Below, in pieces: positions 27,558 through 40,906 of a stretch of 64,000 nucleotides of DNA. Both the position numbers and the translations under genes were made by a program. The notes beneath the pieces are model-generated. The model saw only the letters and a program-made list of their open reading frames with translations. It was not told the DNA's origin and did not search any database. Position 1 is the stretch's first letter, and each line of letters starts with the position of its first letter. The stretch lies in NCBI RefSeq assembly GCF_009914755.1, contig NC_060928.1, one strand, 5' to 3'. The DNA is from the human T2T-CHM13v2.0 reference genome, Homo sapiens.

Positions 27558-28680
27558 CAACTTTATTTTTAAAGCACTTTTTAGTTTACAGCAAAATTAG
27601 GCAGAAGGTGCAGAGATTTCCCATATAATCCCTGCCCCTACACGTGCACAGCCACCCCACTGTGGACATCCTGTAACACAGTGGTACATTTGTTACCATC
27701 AATAAACCTACTCTGATACATCATCATTATCCAAAATACATAGTTTACACTAGCATTCATTCTTGGTGGTGCAGATTCTGTGGGTTTAGACAAACGTATG
27801 ACAATTATCCACCATTTTAATATCATACAGAATAGGTTTACGCTCTAAGAGTCCTCTGTGGTCTGCCTATTCATCTCTCCTTTCCCCCTAATCTTTGACA
27901 GCCACTGATCCTTTTACTGTTTCTATAGTTTTTACTTTCCCAAAATGTCATATAATTGAAATAATATACTATGTAGTCTTTTCAGATTGGCTTCTTTCAC
28001 TTGGTAATGGGCATTTAAATTTCCTCCATGTTTCTTCATGGCTTGGTGGCTCATTCATTTGTGTTTAGTGATGAATAATGTTCCCTTTCTGGATGTGCTA
28101 CAGTTTATCTGTTCATCTACTGAAGAACATCCTGATTACTTCCTAGTTTGGCAGTTATGAATAAAGCAGTTATAAATATCAATGTATAGGTTTCTGAGTG
28201 CATATATATTTCAATTAATTTGGTAAAAATCAATAACTGCAATTCCTAAACCTTATCGTAAGAGTATATTTAGTTTTTTAAGAAATTGCCAAATTGTCTT
28301 CCAAAGTGGCAGTGCCATTTTGTATTTACACCAGCATTGAATAAGAGGTCCTGTTATTCCATATCCTCATCAACATTTTGTGTTGTAAGCGTTTTGGATT
28401 TGGCCACTCTATTAAGTGTGTAGTAGTATCTCATTGTTGTTTCAATTTGCAATGCCCTAATGACATAATATTGAACATCATGTCATATGCTTACTTGCCA
28501 TCTCTAGATCCTCTTTTATGAGTTATCTCCTCAGGTCTTTTGCCCATCTTTAAAATCAGGTTATTTGATTTCTTATTGTTGAGTTTTAAGAGTTATTTAT
28601 ATATTTTGGATAAGTCCTTTACCAGATACATCTGCAAATATTTTCTCCTGGTATATGACTTGGCTTCTCATTTTCTTGTT
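27558..28680 (-). mobile_element. L1MC-type LINE-1 3' end
   Basis: TTTACAGCAAAATTAGGCAGAAGGTGCAGAGATTTCCCATATA...GTGGTACATTTGTTAC, then antisense ORF2 end. Confidence 0.8.
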
Positions 28681-28849
28681 GTGAAGTCTTAAGCTATATT
28701 CTTCATAATTTCATTTATTTTTTCCAGAGACCATAGTAAATAATATAGTTCTTTTTCATTTTATTGATTCTTCTTTTGTAGCTTTGACTACAGTCAATTT
28801 TTGTGAATGTTTCATGGGTGCTTGAAAATATCTATTGCTTTGAACAGGA

Positions 28850-29175
28850 ATGTAAAGGATAGCATAGGCTCTGAAATTCAGAATAACTGATTATAAAACT
28901 ATTTTGCCTTTTCTTTTGAGCAACCTTGGGAAACTTACTCAAACATTTTGTGCTTAGATTTTCCACATGAAAAATGTAGATAACAATAAAACACTCCATC
29001 AGTTATTTTTTATTATTATTTCAAAAGCTTTTTGGGAAACAGGTGGTGTTTGGTTACATGAATAACTTATTTAGTGGTGATTTCTAAGATTTGAACTGAT
29101 AATTAAATGAATTAATGTATGTTAGGTACTTACCCAGTGCCTGAGAAAAAGTGTTAGATACTTACAATTATTATT
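28850..29175 (+). mobile_element. MIR interrupted by a ~90-bp L1PB-like tail
   Basis: AGCATAGGCTCTGAAATTCAGA...ACCTTGGGAAACTTACTCAAAC...[insert]...ATTAAATGAATTAATGTATG...CCCAGTGCCTG. Confidence 0.6.
29003..29092 (-). mobile_element. Extremely 5'-truncated L1PB-like 3' terminus
   Basis: T-rich tail, then TTTGGGAAACAGGTGGTGTTTGGTTACATGAATAACTTATTTAGTGGTGATTTCTAAGATTT. Confidence 0.7.
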
Positions 29176-29966
29176 TGTTAGTTTGAAGTAATTGTGAAAT
29201 TCATTACATTTCTATACCTTTTATGTTTTTTCTACTGGACTATCAGTTTCTGATAATGATATATTAAATGCCCTTAATAATTATAGATTAGTTGTTCTAT
29301 TTATATTAATATAGTCTGACCCTATATTATTAGATGTATATCAAGCTGAAAATATTATATTAATCAATTTTTATTTTACTAGGATATAACATGTCACATT
29401 GTCAAGACACTTGGATAGTTTTTGCTTGTTTTCTTTTGCATTAAATAATTATTTGATTAGAAAATTAACATCTAGAATTTCTTTTTATTTATGATCCCAT
29501 TCCTTTTTGTTGTTGTTGATTTAAGCCTCCTTCTGATTTAAATGTTGCTTATGTTCACAACATTAATCTTATTTTTTCCAGTTAGAAAATCTGTAATTGT
29601 AATTGGTTTAACCATTTACATTTATTGTAGTAACTAATATATTAGGATAGTTTCTGCCATCTTATTATCTATTTATTCACATTTCTTGTCTTCCATTTGA
29701 CATTTTACATTTACTTCTGCTAATTTAAAGAGTTACATAATCCATTCATATTCTTTTAATTATTACCCCTAATATAATAGGACAGGTATTTATTTGTATC
29801 TTTTCACTTATTCCTTATGTTTATCAATAACTTTAATTTCTCCTTGCATAAAAATTGTAGTTTCACATACTTCTCTGCCCTATTCTCCTTTTTTCTGTAC
29901 CTATACTTCTGCTTTTAACATGTTATTTTTTCCTAGAATTATTTTTACCTTTTATCTTTCATCATT

Positions 29967-30593
29967 TGTGTTAGATAACAACATCAACAAGAAACTACTA
30001 ACTAAATTATATATTAGTAAGAGAACTCAATTTGGGCATGTCATAAAAGAAACATGAAATGAAAAATTAAAACATGAGAATTTCCCACTTTTATGTAGCC
30101 AAGTAAACCCATTACTTACATATATTCAAAATAAATAATAACTGGTTCTTAAGTAAGCACAATTGACAGCATCACTTATCATACACAGTTCATCTTAGAT
30201 TTACCTGGGTTGTCCATTTGTGTTAGTTAATTGGCTTTAGACAAAGGAAAAATAAAACTTACTAATGATAAAAGATTGTATTGCGACTTAGAACAAGGTG
30301 TCCACCAAAGTTAGGCTCCTGTCCTCCCACAGAAACTGGTATACAGGAGTGCTAACTCCTTTGATGTTTACAGTTCAAGGAGAGGACTGCCAGGGCTTTG
30401 AGGAAAGCATTCCTGGAACATGAAGTTGACAAAAGGACTACCTAGTTTTAAAAAGATTTCTTATTAAAGAGAGGAGAAAGTACTTACAAGTTTCCTAAAG
30501 TAAATACTCTGAGAAAAGGGAAGGACAACTCTCTTCCTTTGTTTTATCAGGAAGAATTAAGCCTCTCATTTTTAATTATTATTTATCCTTACA
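29967..30593 (-). mobile_element. ERV1-type solo LTR (MER67-like)
   Basis: Minus strand begins TGTAAGGATAAATAATAATTAAAAATGAGAGGCTTAATTCTTCCTG, which resembles my recollection of the MER67 5' end; TG...CA ends. Confidence 0.55.
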
Positions 30594-30719
30594 ATACATA
30601 GTGTAGAGCATGCTCATTTCATCCTATATTAAGTGAAAAAAATTTGAAAATTAATGAAATTAAATCAAACATATTCTTGGCATATAATAATAATATCATC
30701 AACAACAAGAAGCAGCAGC

Positions 30720-30840
30720 AGCATTTCTTGTTTTCCAAGCCTCAGGTATTTTAACTCATTTAATCACACCACAATCCTATGAAGTACTCCATTACCACCC
30801 CCTGGTGGAGTTGATGAAGTTGAAGCACTAAAAGACCTCT
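30720..30840 (-). mobile_element. MIR fragment
   Basis: TTAACTCATTTAATCACACCACAATCCTATGAAGTA. Confidence 0.55.
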
Positions 30841-30999
30841 TCTAACTGCAGCAGGTCTCATTTGCCAATTATTCATCATTAAGCCATCCTTAATTATTGC
30901 CATCACAGACCTAATGTGAATCTGTTTCATCATTGTTAAAGAATGAAATAATTTCTCAGTTTTCTTTTTCTTTTTTGTTTGTGGTAAAATGAATATAGA

Positions 31000-31095
31000 A
31001 AACATATCTACTCTTGTTTTTCACTGACACACAAGTGCTCCAAACAGTGCCTGACTTGTAGTAGGAGTTTAATAAGTATTTGAGAAATGAATGAG
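31000..31095 (+). mobile_element. L2 3' terminus
   Basis: AACAGTGCCTGACTTGTAGTAGGAGTTTAATAAGTATTTGAGAAATGAATGA. Confidence 0.65.
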
Positions 31096-31304
31096 ATGAC
31101 TTAATGTAGTCTTAACATATATTCAAATTGCAGACCGTCATTGGCCATGCTTTTAAAATCAAAATATATTTATAGCCTGCATTTTCATTTAGGTGTTCTG
31201 AAATAAATTATAATATTTTGAATTAATATGCTATTGAATTCCACTAAAAAAAAATTTTACTTTTAAATCTTTGTTTGTGGGAAACTTGTATAAGAAAGAT
31301 TTGC

Positions 31305-31683
<379 letters not shown>

Positions 31684-33182
31684 TTATTGAACTGTGGTTC
31701 AATCTGTGTATTTTTAGAATAAATGTGAGAAATGTCAGTGAAGAAAATACTGTTAATTTTGATGAATTTAAAGCATGGTAAATCACTGGCTTGTGGATAT
31801 GTGTTCCTGTCTGGGGTCTTTTGGAAATTATTTGTTTTGAGCTAAAAAATGTTAAAAGGAGCAGTATCTAAACTTTTACTCATAAGCCCGGAACACAAAG
31901 GCTCTGGGGAATCAATCAAACATGTTTACTCTTAAAATATTATTAAGATTAATATGTGCGTAAAAAAACTTTTAATAAAGTTTACAATTTAGACCAGAAC
32001 TTGAGAATAATTATATCCAGATGACTTAAAAGTCACAGAAAAGGTTGCTATAACATAAAGTTCAGTAGTTTTTCTCTAGCTCCTTAGTGGTTAAATATGG
32101 AGACATGATTATATTAACTATTTTCAAAAGTTTCTTGAATCCTTGTCATTGGCGGGGTATAATGGAGTTTAATAAGTACCACTAAATTGCATGAACACAT
32201 TGGATTTATCTCAGAGAGGATTCTTATATTCTTTTATTACTGTCTACTCTGCATACATAAGTCCTTTTTATTTACTTATCAATAGAAATTAAATCACATT
32301 GAAGTGTTGGATTATAAATGCACAGGATCACAACTGAAGGACTACATGTCACAGAAAAATTGTAAGTATGGTTTCAAGAAATATGAAAGTACAACAGACA
32401 CAATACTGTATGGCAGATTACTATTAAACTTTTAGCCTAGGATGATACATGATTTATTTTTGGGAAAAGGGTATACATTTGAGAGTCAAAAGAATTGTTG
32501 TATCTAAGTGAAACTTTATTAACTATGCTGTAAAATGTGGAAGCACCAGGTACTAATTGTTTTCCCTAATCTGATTTTTTTCCACCTATTGACCATTTTC
32601 CAAAAAATTCTAAAATTTCCTAAGTTGACAGAATGAAATGAAAGCATAATAGGAGGTATAGGACTTATCCCAGACAAGATTAGTCTTATGTTGCCTACAA
32701 ACAACATTTGAGTGTCTTAATTGTTATGCTGGCCTTTAATTCATAAGAAACAGAAAGCACTTGTAGATGAACAATATTATAGAAATTTCATTATATCATC
32801 ACATATCACATATGGTTTTATTAAAATAATACTAGATAATAATTTTATTGTACTTTATCATTGACATCATTAAGGATAAATTGCAAAACTATCATAATTT
32901 TTAAATTTGACACATTTTTATTTCAAAAGTCAGATTCTTATGTTTCTTATTACCTATTTTAATAGTTATTTAGCCAATAGACCATTATGAATACAACCAA
33001 ACAAAACATGACTAAATATGAATATATTTTAAAATGCTAACAGTCAAAATAATTATGGTGAGAAGGAGTGTTCACTTGAGTGATAAACCAAGTGAATAAA
33101 TTACTAGCATGCCCATCTGATTTTTGACATTTATTTCCTTTGTTCACTTTGTCTTTTTACCTCTCAAATTATTTTATTCTTT

Positions 33183-34836
33183 AAAAAAATTATTTTAAGT
33201 TCCTGGGTACATGTGCAGGATGTACAGGTTTGCTATATGGGTAAACATGTGCCATGGTGATTTGCTGCACCTATCAACCCATCACCTATGTATTAAGCCC
33301 TGCATGCATTAGCTATTTATCCTGATGCTCTCCCTTCCTCTACCCCACTGACAGGCCCCAGTGTGTGGTGTTCCCCTCCCTGTGTCCATGTGCTCTCATC
33401 GTTCAGCTTCTCCCACTTTTAAGTGAGAACATACAGTGTTTGGTTTTCTGTTCCTCTTGTTTGCTGAGGATAACGACTTCCAGCTCTATCCACATCCCTG
33501 CAAAGGAAATGATCTCATTGCTTTTTATGGCTGCATAGTATTCATGGTGTATATGTACCACATTTTCTTTAATCAGTCTATCATCTATTGATGGGCATTT
33601 AGGTTGATTCCATGTCTTTGCTAATGTGAATAGTGCTGCAATGAACATATGCGTGCATGTATCTGTATAATAGAATGAATTATATTCCTTTGGGTATATA
33701 CCCAGTAATGGGATTGCTAGGTCAAATGATATTTCTGGTTCTAGTTCTTTGAGGAATTACCACACTATCTTTCAAAATGGATGAACTAATTTACATTCCC
33801 ACTGACAGTGTAAAAACATTCCTATTTCTCCACAGCCTTGCCAACATTTGTTGTTTCATAACTTTTTAGTAATCACCATTCTGACTGACATGAGATGATA
33901 TCTCATTCTCGTTTTGATTTGCAGTTATCTAATGATCAGTGATGCTGAGCTTATTTTCATGTTTGTTGGTGCATGAATGTGTTCTTTTGAGAAGTGTCTC
34001 TTCATGTCCTTTGCTCACTTTTTAATGGGGTTATTTGTTTTGTTTCTTGTAAATTTAAGTTCTGTATAGATTCTAGATATTAGAACTTTGTCAGATGGAT
34101 AGATTGCAGAAAGTTTCTCCCATTCTGTGGGTTGTCTGTTCACTCTGATGATAGTTCCTTTTGCTGTGCAGAAGCTCTTTAATTAGATCCCATTTGTCAA
34201 TTTTTGCTTTTGTTGCAATTGCTTTTGATGTTTTTGTCATGAAATCTTTGCCCATGCCTATGTCCTGAATGGTATTGCCTAGATTTTCTTCTAGGGTTTT
34301 ATAGCTTTGGGTTTTACACTTAAGTCTTTAATTCATCTTGAGTTAATTTTTGTATAAGGTGTAAGGAAGGGGTCCAGTTTCAGTTTTCTGCATATGGCTA
34401 GCCAGTTTTCCTAGCACCATTTATTAAATGGGAATTCTTTCCTCATTGTTTGTTTTTGTCAGGTTTGTCAAAGATCAGATGGTTGTAGATGTGCCATCTT
34501 ATTCCTGAGATCTCTGTTCTGTTCCATTGGTCTATGTGTCTGTTTTTGTACCAGTACCATGTTGTTTTGGCTACCGTAGCCTTGTATTCTAGTTTGAAGT
34601 CAGGTAGCATGATGACTCCAGCTTTGTTTTTTTGTTTGTTTGTTTTTTGCTTAGGATTGTTTTGGCTATATGGGCTATTTTTTGGTTCCATATGAAATTT
34701 AAAGGAGTTTTTTTTTCTAATTATGTGAAGAATGTCAATGGCAGTTTGAAGGAAATAGCATTTAATCTATAAATTAGCCATTTTTATGATGTTGATTCTT
34801 CCTATCCATGAGCATGGAATCTTTTCCCATTTGTTT
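33183..34836 (-). mobile_element. 5'-truncated LINE-1 (L1PA8/L1PA10-like)
   Basis: GGTACATGTGCAGGATGTACAGGTTTG...CCTATCAACCCATCACCTA; ORFs 33403..33648 and 34443..34691 are decayed ORF2. Confidence 0.9.
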
Positions 34837-34906
34837 AAATTCTTATTCTTATCAACTTTAGTGGAAATTAAAATAGGAATAATGTGCTTTTCATAACATT
34901 AAAATA

Positions 34907-37900
34907 TTCTTTATTGAGAAGTAATTAACATATAGTAAACTTCATTTTTTAAAATTACAATTAAGTTGTTTTCAGTATGTGCATAGAGTTGAGCAACCAT
35001 TACCATTGCCTAATTTATAATATATCAGTACTCCTTTGCTAATCCTGTTAGCAGTCGGTCTCCCAAACCCTGGCGAATTTACTTTCTGTCTCAATGAATT
35101 TGCCTATTTTGGACGTTCATGTATATGAAAACATAGAGTCTGTAGTTTTTGTGACCATCACTTAGCATATTATTTTTATGGTTCATTCATATTGTAGCAT
35201 GTATCAATGCCTCATTTCTTATAATTGATAATAAAAATCAATTGTATGGATATAACATTTTATGTATCATTACTCAGTTGATGAAAATATGAATTATTTT
35301 CACTTTTTACTATTATGAACGAAACTTTTAATTACATTTATGTACACATTTTTGTGTGGATATATGTCTTCTTATGTCTTGGCTATATGACAGTAGAAAT
35401 CCATGATCACATGGTAACTTTATATTTAACATTCTGATGAACTGCCAAGCTGTTTTCCAAGGTGACTGCCACGTTTTAAAATCCCAACAGCAACATATGA
35501 GGATTTCAATTTCTCCACATCATATCCAACATTTGTTGTTGTCTGGTTTCTCTAGTTTAGCCATTCTAGTGGGTGTGAAGTGGTATCTAATTGTGATTTT
35601 GATTTTCATTTCTTCAATTCATGATGTTGGACATCTTTCATATGCTTTTGACCATTTGCATATCTTTTATTTATTTATTTATTTATTTTTTAGACAGAGT
35701 ATCGCTCTGTTGCCCTGGCTGGAGTGCAGTGACGCGATCTCGGCTCACTGCAAGCTCTGCCTCTGGGGTTCACGCCATTCTCCTGCCTCTACGTATCATT
35801 TTTGAGGAATCATCTATTCACATCTTTTGCCCATCTTTTTAAATTAGGTTGTCTTTTTTTTTGTTAAGTGGTGGGTGTACTTAGTATATTCTGAATACAC
35901 GTCCTTTACATATATATAACTTAATTTTTTTTCTCTCATTCTGAAGGTAGTCACACTTTCTTGATGCTGTCCTTAGAAGCAATTTAAAAAAATTTTAATA
36001 ACCTTCAATTTATTTTCTTCTTTTATCAAGGATGCTTTTGGTGTCTTATCTAAGACATCAAATACTTCAAGATTATGAAGGCATTCTTTTATTGTGTTTT
36101 CCAATTTCATTTTTAGCTTATTCATTGCTACTGTATAGAGATAAAATTAATTTTGTATATTCATCTTGTATCCCACAACATATCTGAGCTGGTTTATTAG
36201 TTCTAATAAGCTCTTCATCAATTTCTTAGGATTTTCTATATATATATATATATATAAAATTATGTCATCTCTCAATAAAGAAAGTTTTACTATTTTCTTT
36301 ACATCTGTGCCTTTTTTTTTCTTGCCCAAGTTTTCTGTGTAGAAACTCCAGTATGATATTGGATAGAAGTGTCTAGGACAGAGATCCTTTTTTTTTTTTT
36401 CTGGGTTTTTTTTTTTTTTTTTTCTGATCTTGGAAGAAGAATTTAGTCTTTTACCATTAAGCATGTTGTTAACTGGGTTTTTTCATTGATCTTCACATAT
36501 GAAATTTGAAGAAGTTCCTTTCATTTCTACCTTCTTGAGTACACCCAATATAAAAACATGGTGGCATTTATCCAATATCTTATAGCATCTATTGAGATGA
36601 TCATGTGGTTTACCTCCTTTCATCCATTAATATGGTATTACATGAATGGAATTTTGTATTTTAGAAAATTTTTACATCCCTAAGGGAAATCCCAGCTGTT
36701 CCTGATGTGTAATTGTTTCTATATGCTGCTGGATTTGATTTGCTAATACTTTGATGAAGGTGTTTGCATCTGAATCCAATAAAAGTTACTGGTCTGTAGT
36801 TTTTTTTTTTTTTTCACATGAAGTCTTTGGTTTAGGTATCAGTGAAATATTGACCATATAGAATCATTTTTGAAGGATTTATTCCTATTCTATTTTTTGA
36901 AAGAGTTTATGAAAAATTGCTATTATTTCTTCTTAGAATATTTCAATGAATTCACCAGTGAAGGCTTTTCATGGGAGTTTTTACTATTATTATTATTTAA
37001 TTCAGTTTCTTCACTTTTTTAGGTCTGTACAGATTTTCTTGTTCTTCATTCGGTTTTGGTAATTTGTATCTTTTGGGGAGTTTGTCCATTTTAGCTATAT
37101 TACCTAATATTGGTATACGGTGATTCATAATATTTCCCCTTGATCCCTTTGATCAATTTTATTTCTGTAAGATTTATTGTCATGCCCCCTTTTTCACTTA
37201 TGATTTTAGTAATTTGTGTGTTCTCTCTTTCTAGTCATTCTAGCTAAAAGTCAATTTTATTAATCTTTTCAAAAAACAAATTTCGGATTTGCTTATTTTT
37301 ACTGTTGCTTTTCTCTTTCTATTTTATTTATTTCCTCTGTAGTTTTCATTATTTTCTTCCTTCTGCTTGCTTTGGGTTTAGTTTTATGTTCTTTTTTTTA
37401 GCTTCTTTATGTGAATTGTTATGTACTGATGCAAATATATTTTCCTCTTTAGGATAGACATTTACAGCTGCAGATATCTCTGTAAACACTGTTTCAGCTG
37501 TAACAAATCCATTTTGGTTCATTGTATTTTCATTTAGATTAATCTCAAACTGCCTCGCATATAATCTCTTACACCAATTGGTTATTTATAACTGTGTTAT
37601 TTAATTTCCACGCATTTGTAAATTCCTCAATTTTTCTCTTATTACATTCTAATTTAACTTTGTTCTGCTTGAAGAATATATTTTGTATGGCTTTAATCAT
37701 TTAAATTTATTGAGGTTCATTTTATGGCCTAACACATGGTATATTCTGGAGAACCCTTTGGAACTTGAGGATAATATATCTACTATTGCTGAGTGGAGTG
37801 TTATATAGATTTCTGTTGAATGTAGTTTAAATGTAGTGTTCACATCTTCCATGTGTTCACCTTCTGCCTAGTTGTTCTATCCTTTATTGAAAGTGAAACC

Positions 37901-37998
37901 TCCAGCTATTTCTAATAACATTTTCTGTTTTTCCCTTAAATTCTTTCAGTTTTTTTGTCTAATATTAACATAATCATTCCAGCTTTTTTGGTTGTTTC
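34907..37998 (-). mobile_element. Old L1M (L1MB-like) host element, segment 1
   Basis: L1MB 3'UTR (TTTATTGAG...GAGTTGAGCAACCATTACCA) then antisense ORF2; resumes at 43334 and 48180. Confidence 0.8.
35665..35789 (-). mobile_element. 5'-truncated AluY (part of right arm)
   Basis: (TTTA)n tail then CTCACTGCAAGCTCTGCC...GGTTCACGCCATTCTCCTGCCTC. Confidence 0.88.
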
Positions 37999-39728
37999 TG
38001 TTGGTCAGGATTCTCTAGAGAAACATAATTAATAGAATATAGATGATAGATATAGATACAGATGAAGATATATAGATTTTTTTTACATAATTTCAACTTT
38101 TATTTTAGATTCAAGTGGTACATGTGCAGTTTGTTCCATTAGGTACATTGTGTGATGCTGAAGTTTGGGGTACGATTGATCCTGTCACCGAGGTACTAAG
38201 CATAGTACCCAGTTGTTAGTTTTTCAACCCATTGCCCCCTCTCTCCACCCTCCCATCCCATATAGCCTTGTGTCTATTGTTGAATCTTCTTATGCCCGTG
38301 AGTACCCATTGTTTAGCTCCCACTTATAAGTGAAAACATGCAGTATTTGGTTTTCTGTTCCTGCATTATTTCACTTGGGACAATGGCCCCCAGCTGCATC
38401 CATGTTGCTGCAAAGGATACAATTTTGATTTTTGTGGCTATGTAGTATTCCATGGTGTATATGTGTTACATTTTATTTTCCAATCCACTGCCGATGGGCC
38501 CTTAGCTCGATTCCCTATCTTTGCTATTGTGAATAGTGTTGTCATAAACATATGAGTGTAGGTGTCTTTTTGGTTGAATGATTTATTTTATTTTGATTGT
38601 TGGGTTGAGTGGCAGTTCTATTTTTAGTTCTTTGAGAAATCTTCAAATTGCTTTCCACGGTGGCCGAACTAACTTAAATTCTCACCAGTATAAAAGCATT
38701 CATTTTTCTCCACAGCCTTACCAACAGCTGTTATTTTTTGACTTTTTAATAATAACCATTCTGACTGACAAAAGATGGTGTTTTATTGTGGTTTTTATTT
38801 GCATTCTCTGATGACGAGTGATGTTGAGAATTTTCCACGTTTGTTGGCCATTTGTATGTCTACTGTTGAGAAGTGTCTGTCCATGTCATTTGTTCACTTT
38901 TTAATAGGGTTTGTTTTTACTTATTGATTTCTTTAAGTTCCTTATAGATCTGGATATCATACCTTTTTTGGATACATCGTTTGCAAATATTTTCTCCCAT
39001 TCTATAGGTTGTATACTCTGTACTTTTTGCTATGCAAAAGCTCTTCAGTTTAATTAGGTCCCACAGATCAATTTTTGTTTTTCTTGTAAATGCTTTAGAA
39101 CAATTGCTTTTGAGCAACTTATTCATGATTTGTTTTCCAAGGCCAATTTCCAGAATGGTGTGTTCTAGGTTTTCTTCTAGGATTTTCATAGTTTGAGGTC
39201 TTATATTTAAGTCTTTAATCCATCTTAAGCTAATTTTTGTATATGGTGATAAAAAAGGGATCCAGCCTCTTTCTTCTGCATATGGTTGGTCAGTTATTGC
39301 AGCAATATTTATTGAATAGGGAGCCTTTCCACTTTGCTTAATTTTTTTTTTATTTTGTTGAAGCGCAGTTGGTATGTGTGGCTTTATTTCTAGTTTCTCT
39401 ATTCTGTTTCATTGGTTGATGTCTCTGTTTCAGTACTAGTACCATGCTGTTTTGTTATTGTAGCTTTATAGTATAGTCTAAAGTTGAGTAATATGATGCC
39501 TCTGGCCTTCTTATTTTTCTTAGACTTGCCTTGGCTATTTTGGCTCTTTTGTTGTTCTATGTGAATTTTAGAATAGCTCATTCTAGTTCTGTGATAAATG
39601 ACATTCATAGCTTGACAGGAATAGTGTTGAATAGGTAGATTGCTCTGGGTAGTATGGCCATTTTAATGACAATGCTTCCAGGCCATAGTAATGCAATATT
39701 TTTTCCCATTTGTTTGTGTCATGTATAA

Positions 39729-40219
39729 CAGGGGGTCCCTAAACCCTGGGCCATGGACTGGTACCACACAGCAGGAGGTGAGCAAGGGAAGATTCATCTG
39801 TTTTTACAGCCACTACGCATCACTCATATTACTGCCTGAGCTCCACCTCCTGTCAGATCAATGGTGGCATTAGATTCTTTTGGGAACATGAACCCTGTTG
39901 TGAACTGCACATGTGAGGAATCTAGGTTGCATGCTCCTTATGAGAATCTAATGCCTGATGATCTGTCACTGTCTCCTATCACTCCCAGATGGGACCTCCT
40001 AGTTGCAGGAAAACAAGCTCAGGACTCCCACTGATTCTACATTATGGTGAGTTGTATAATTATTTTATTATATATTGCAAAGTAATATATAATAGAAATA
40101 AAGTACACAATAAATGTAATGCGCTTGAATCATCCCAAAACTCTCCTTCCCCAGTGGTCTGTGGAAAAATTGTCTGCCGTGAAACCAGTACCTGGTGTGA
40201 AAAAGGTTGGGGATTACTG
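39729..40219. mobile_element. MER1A hAT-Charlie DNA transposon
   Basis: CAGGGGGTCCCTAAACC...AAAAAGGTTGGGGATTACTG termini; 8-bp TSD AT(G/C)TATAA at 39721-39728 and 40220-40227. Confidence 0.92.
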
Positions 40220-40346
40220 ATCTATAATTACTTTTGGCAGTATTTTGTAGTTATCCTTGTAGAGATCTGTGATGGTTAATATTGAGTTAACTATCTGCGA
40301 TGGTTCACACTTTTGGTGATGTTTTGTAGTTCTCCTTGTAGAGATC

Positions 40347-40906
40347 TGTGATGGTTGATACTGTCAACTTGATTGGATTGAAGGACGCAATGTACCGTTT
40401 TTGGGTGTGTCTATTAGGGTGTTGCCAAAGAAGATTAACATTTGAATCAGCGCACTGGGAGACACAGACCCACCCTCAATCTGGATGGGTACCATCTAAT
40501 CAACTGCCAGTGTGATTAGAATAAAGCAGGCAGAAGTTGGAAGGACTTGATTTGCTGAGTCTTCCAGCCTTCTTCTTTCTCCCATCCTGGATGCTTTCTA
40601 TCCTGGGACATCAGACTCCAAGTTCTTCAGCTTTTGGACTCTTGGACTTACACCAGTGGTTTGCCAAGGGCTCTCAGGCCTTTGGCCACAGACTGAAGGC
40701 TGCACTGTCGGCTTCCCTACTTTTGAGGTTTTGGGACTCGGACTGATCCACCACTGGCTTTCTTGCCCTCAACTTGAAGACAGCCTATTGTGAGCCTTTA
40801 CCTTGTGATCATATGAGTCAATTAACTTGACAAACTTAATAAACTCCCTTTTATATATACATCTATCCTATTAGTTCTGTCCCTCTAGGGAACACTGACT
40901 AATACA
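40347..40906 (+). mobile_element. ERVL MLT2A (MLT2A2-like) solo LTR
   Basis: TGTGATGGTT...TGTCAACTTGATTGGATTGAAGG...GAACACTGACTAATACA; 5-bp TSD AGATC at 40342-40346 and 40907-40911. Confidence 0.92.
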
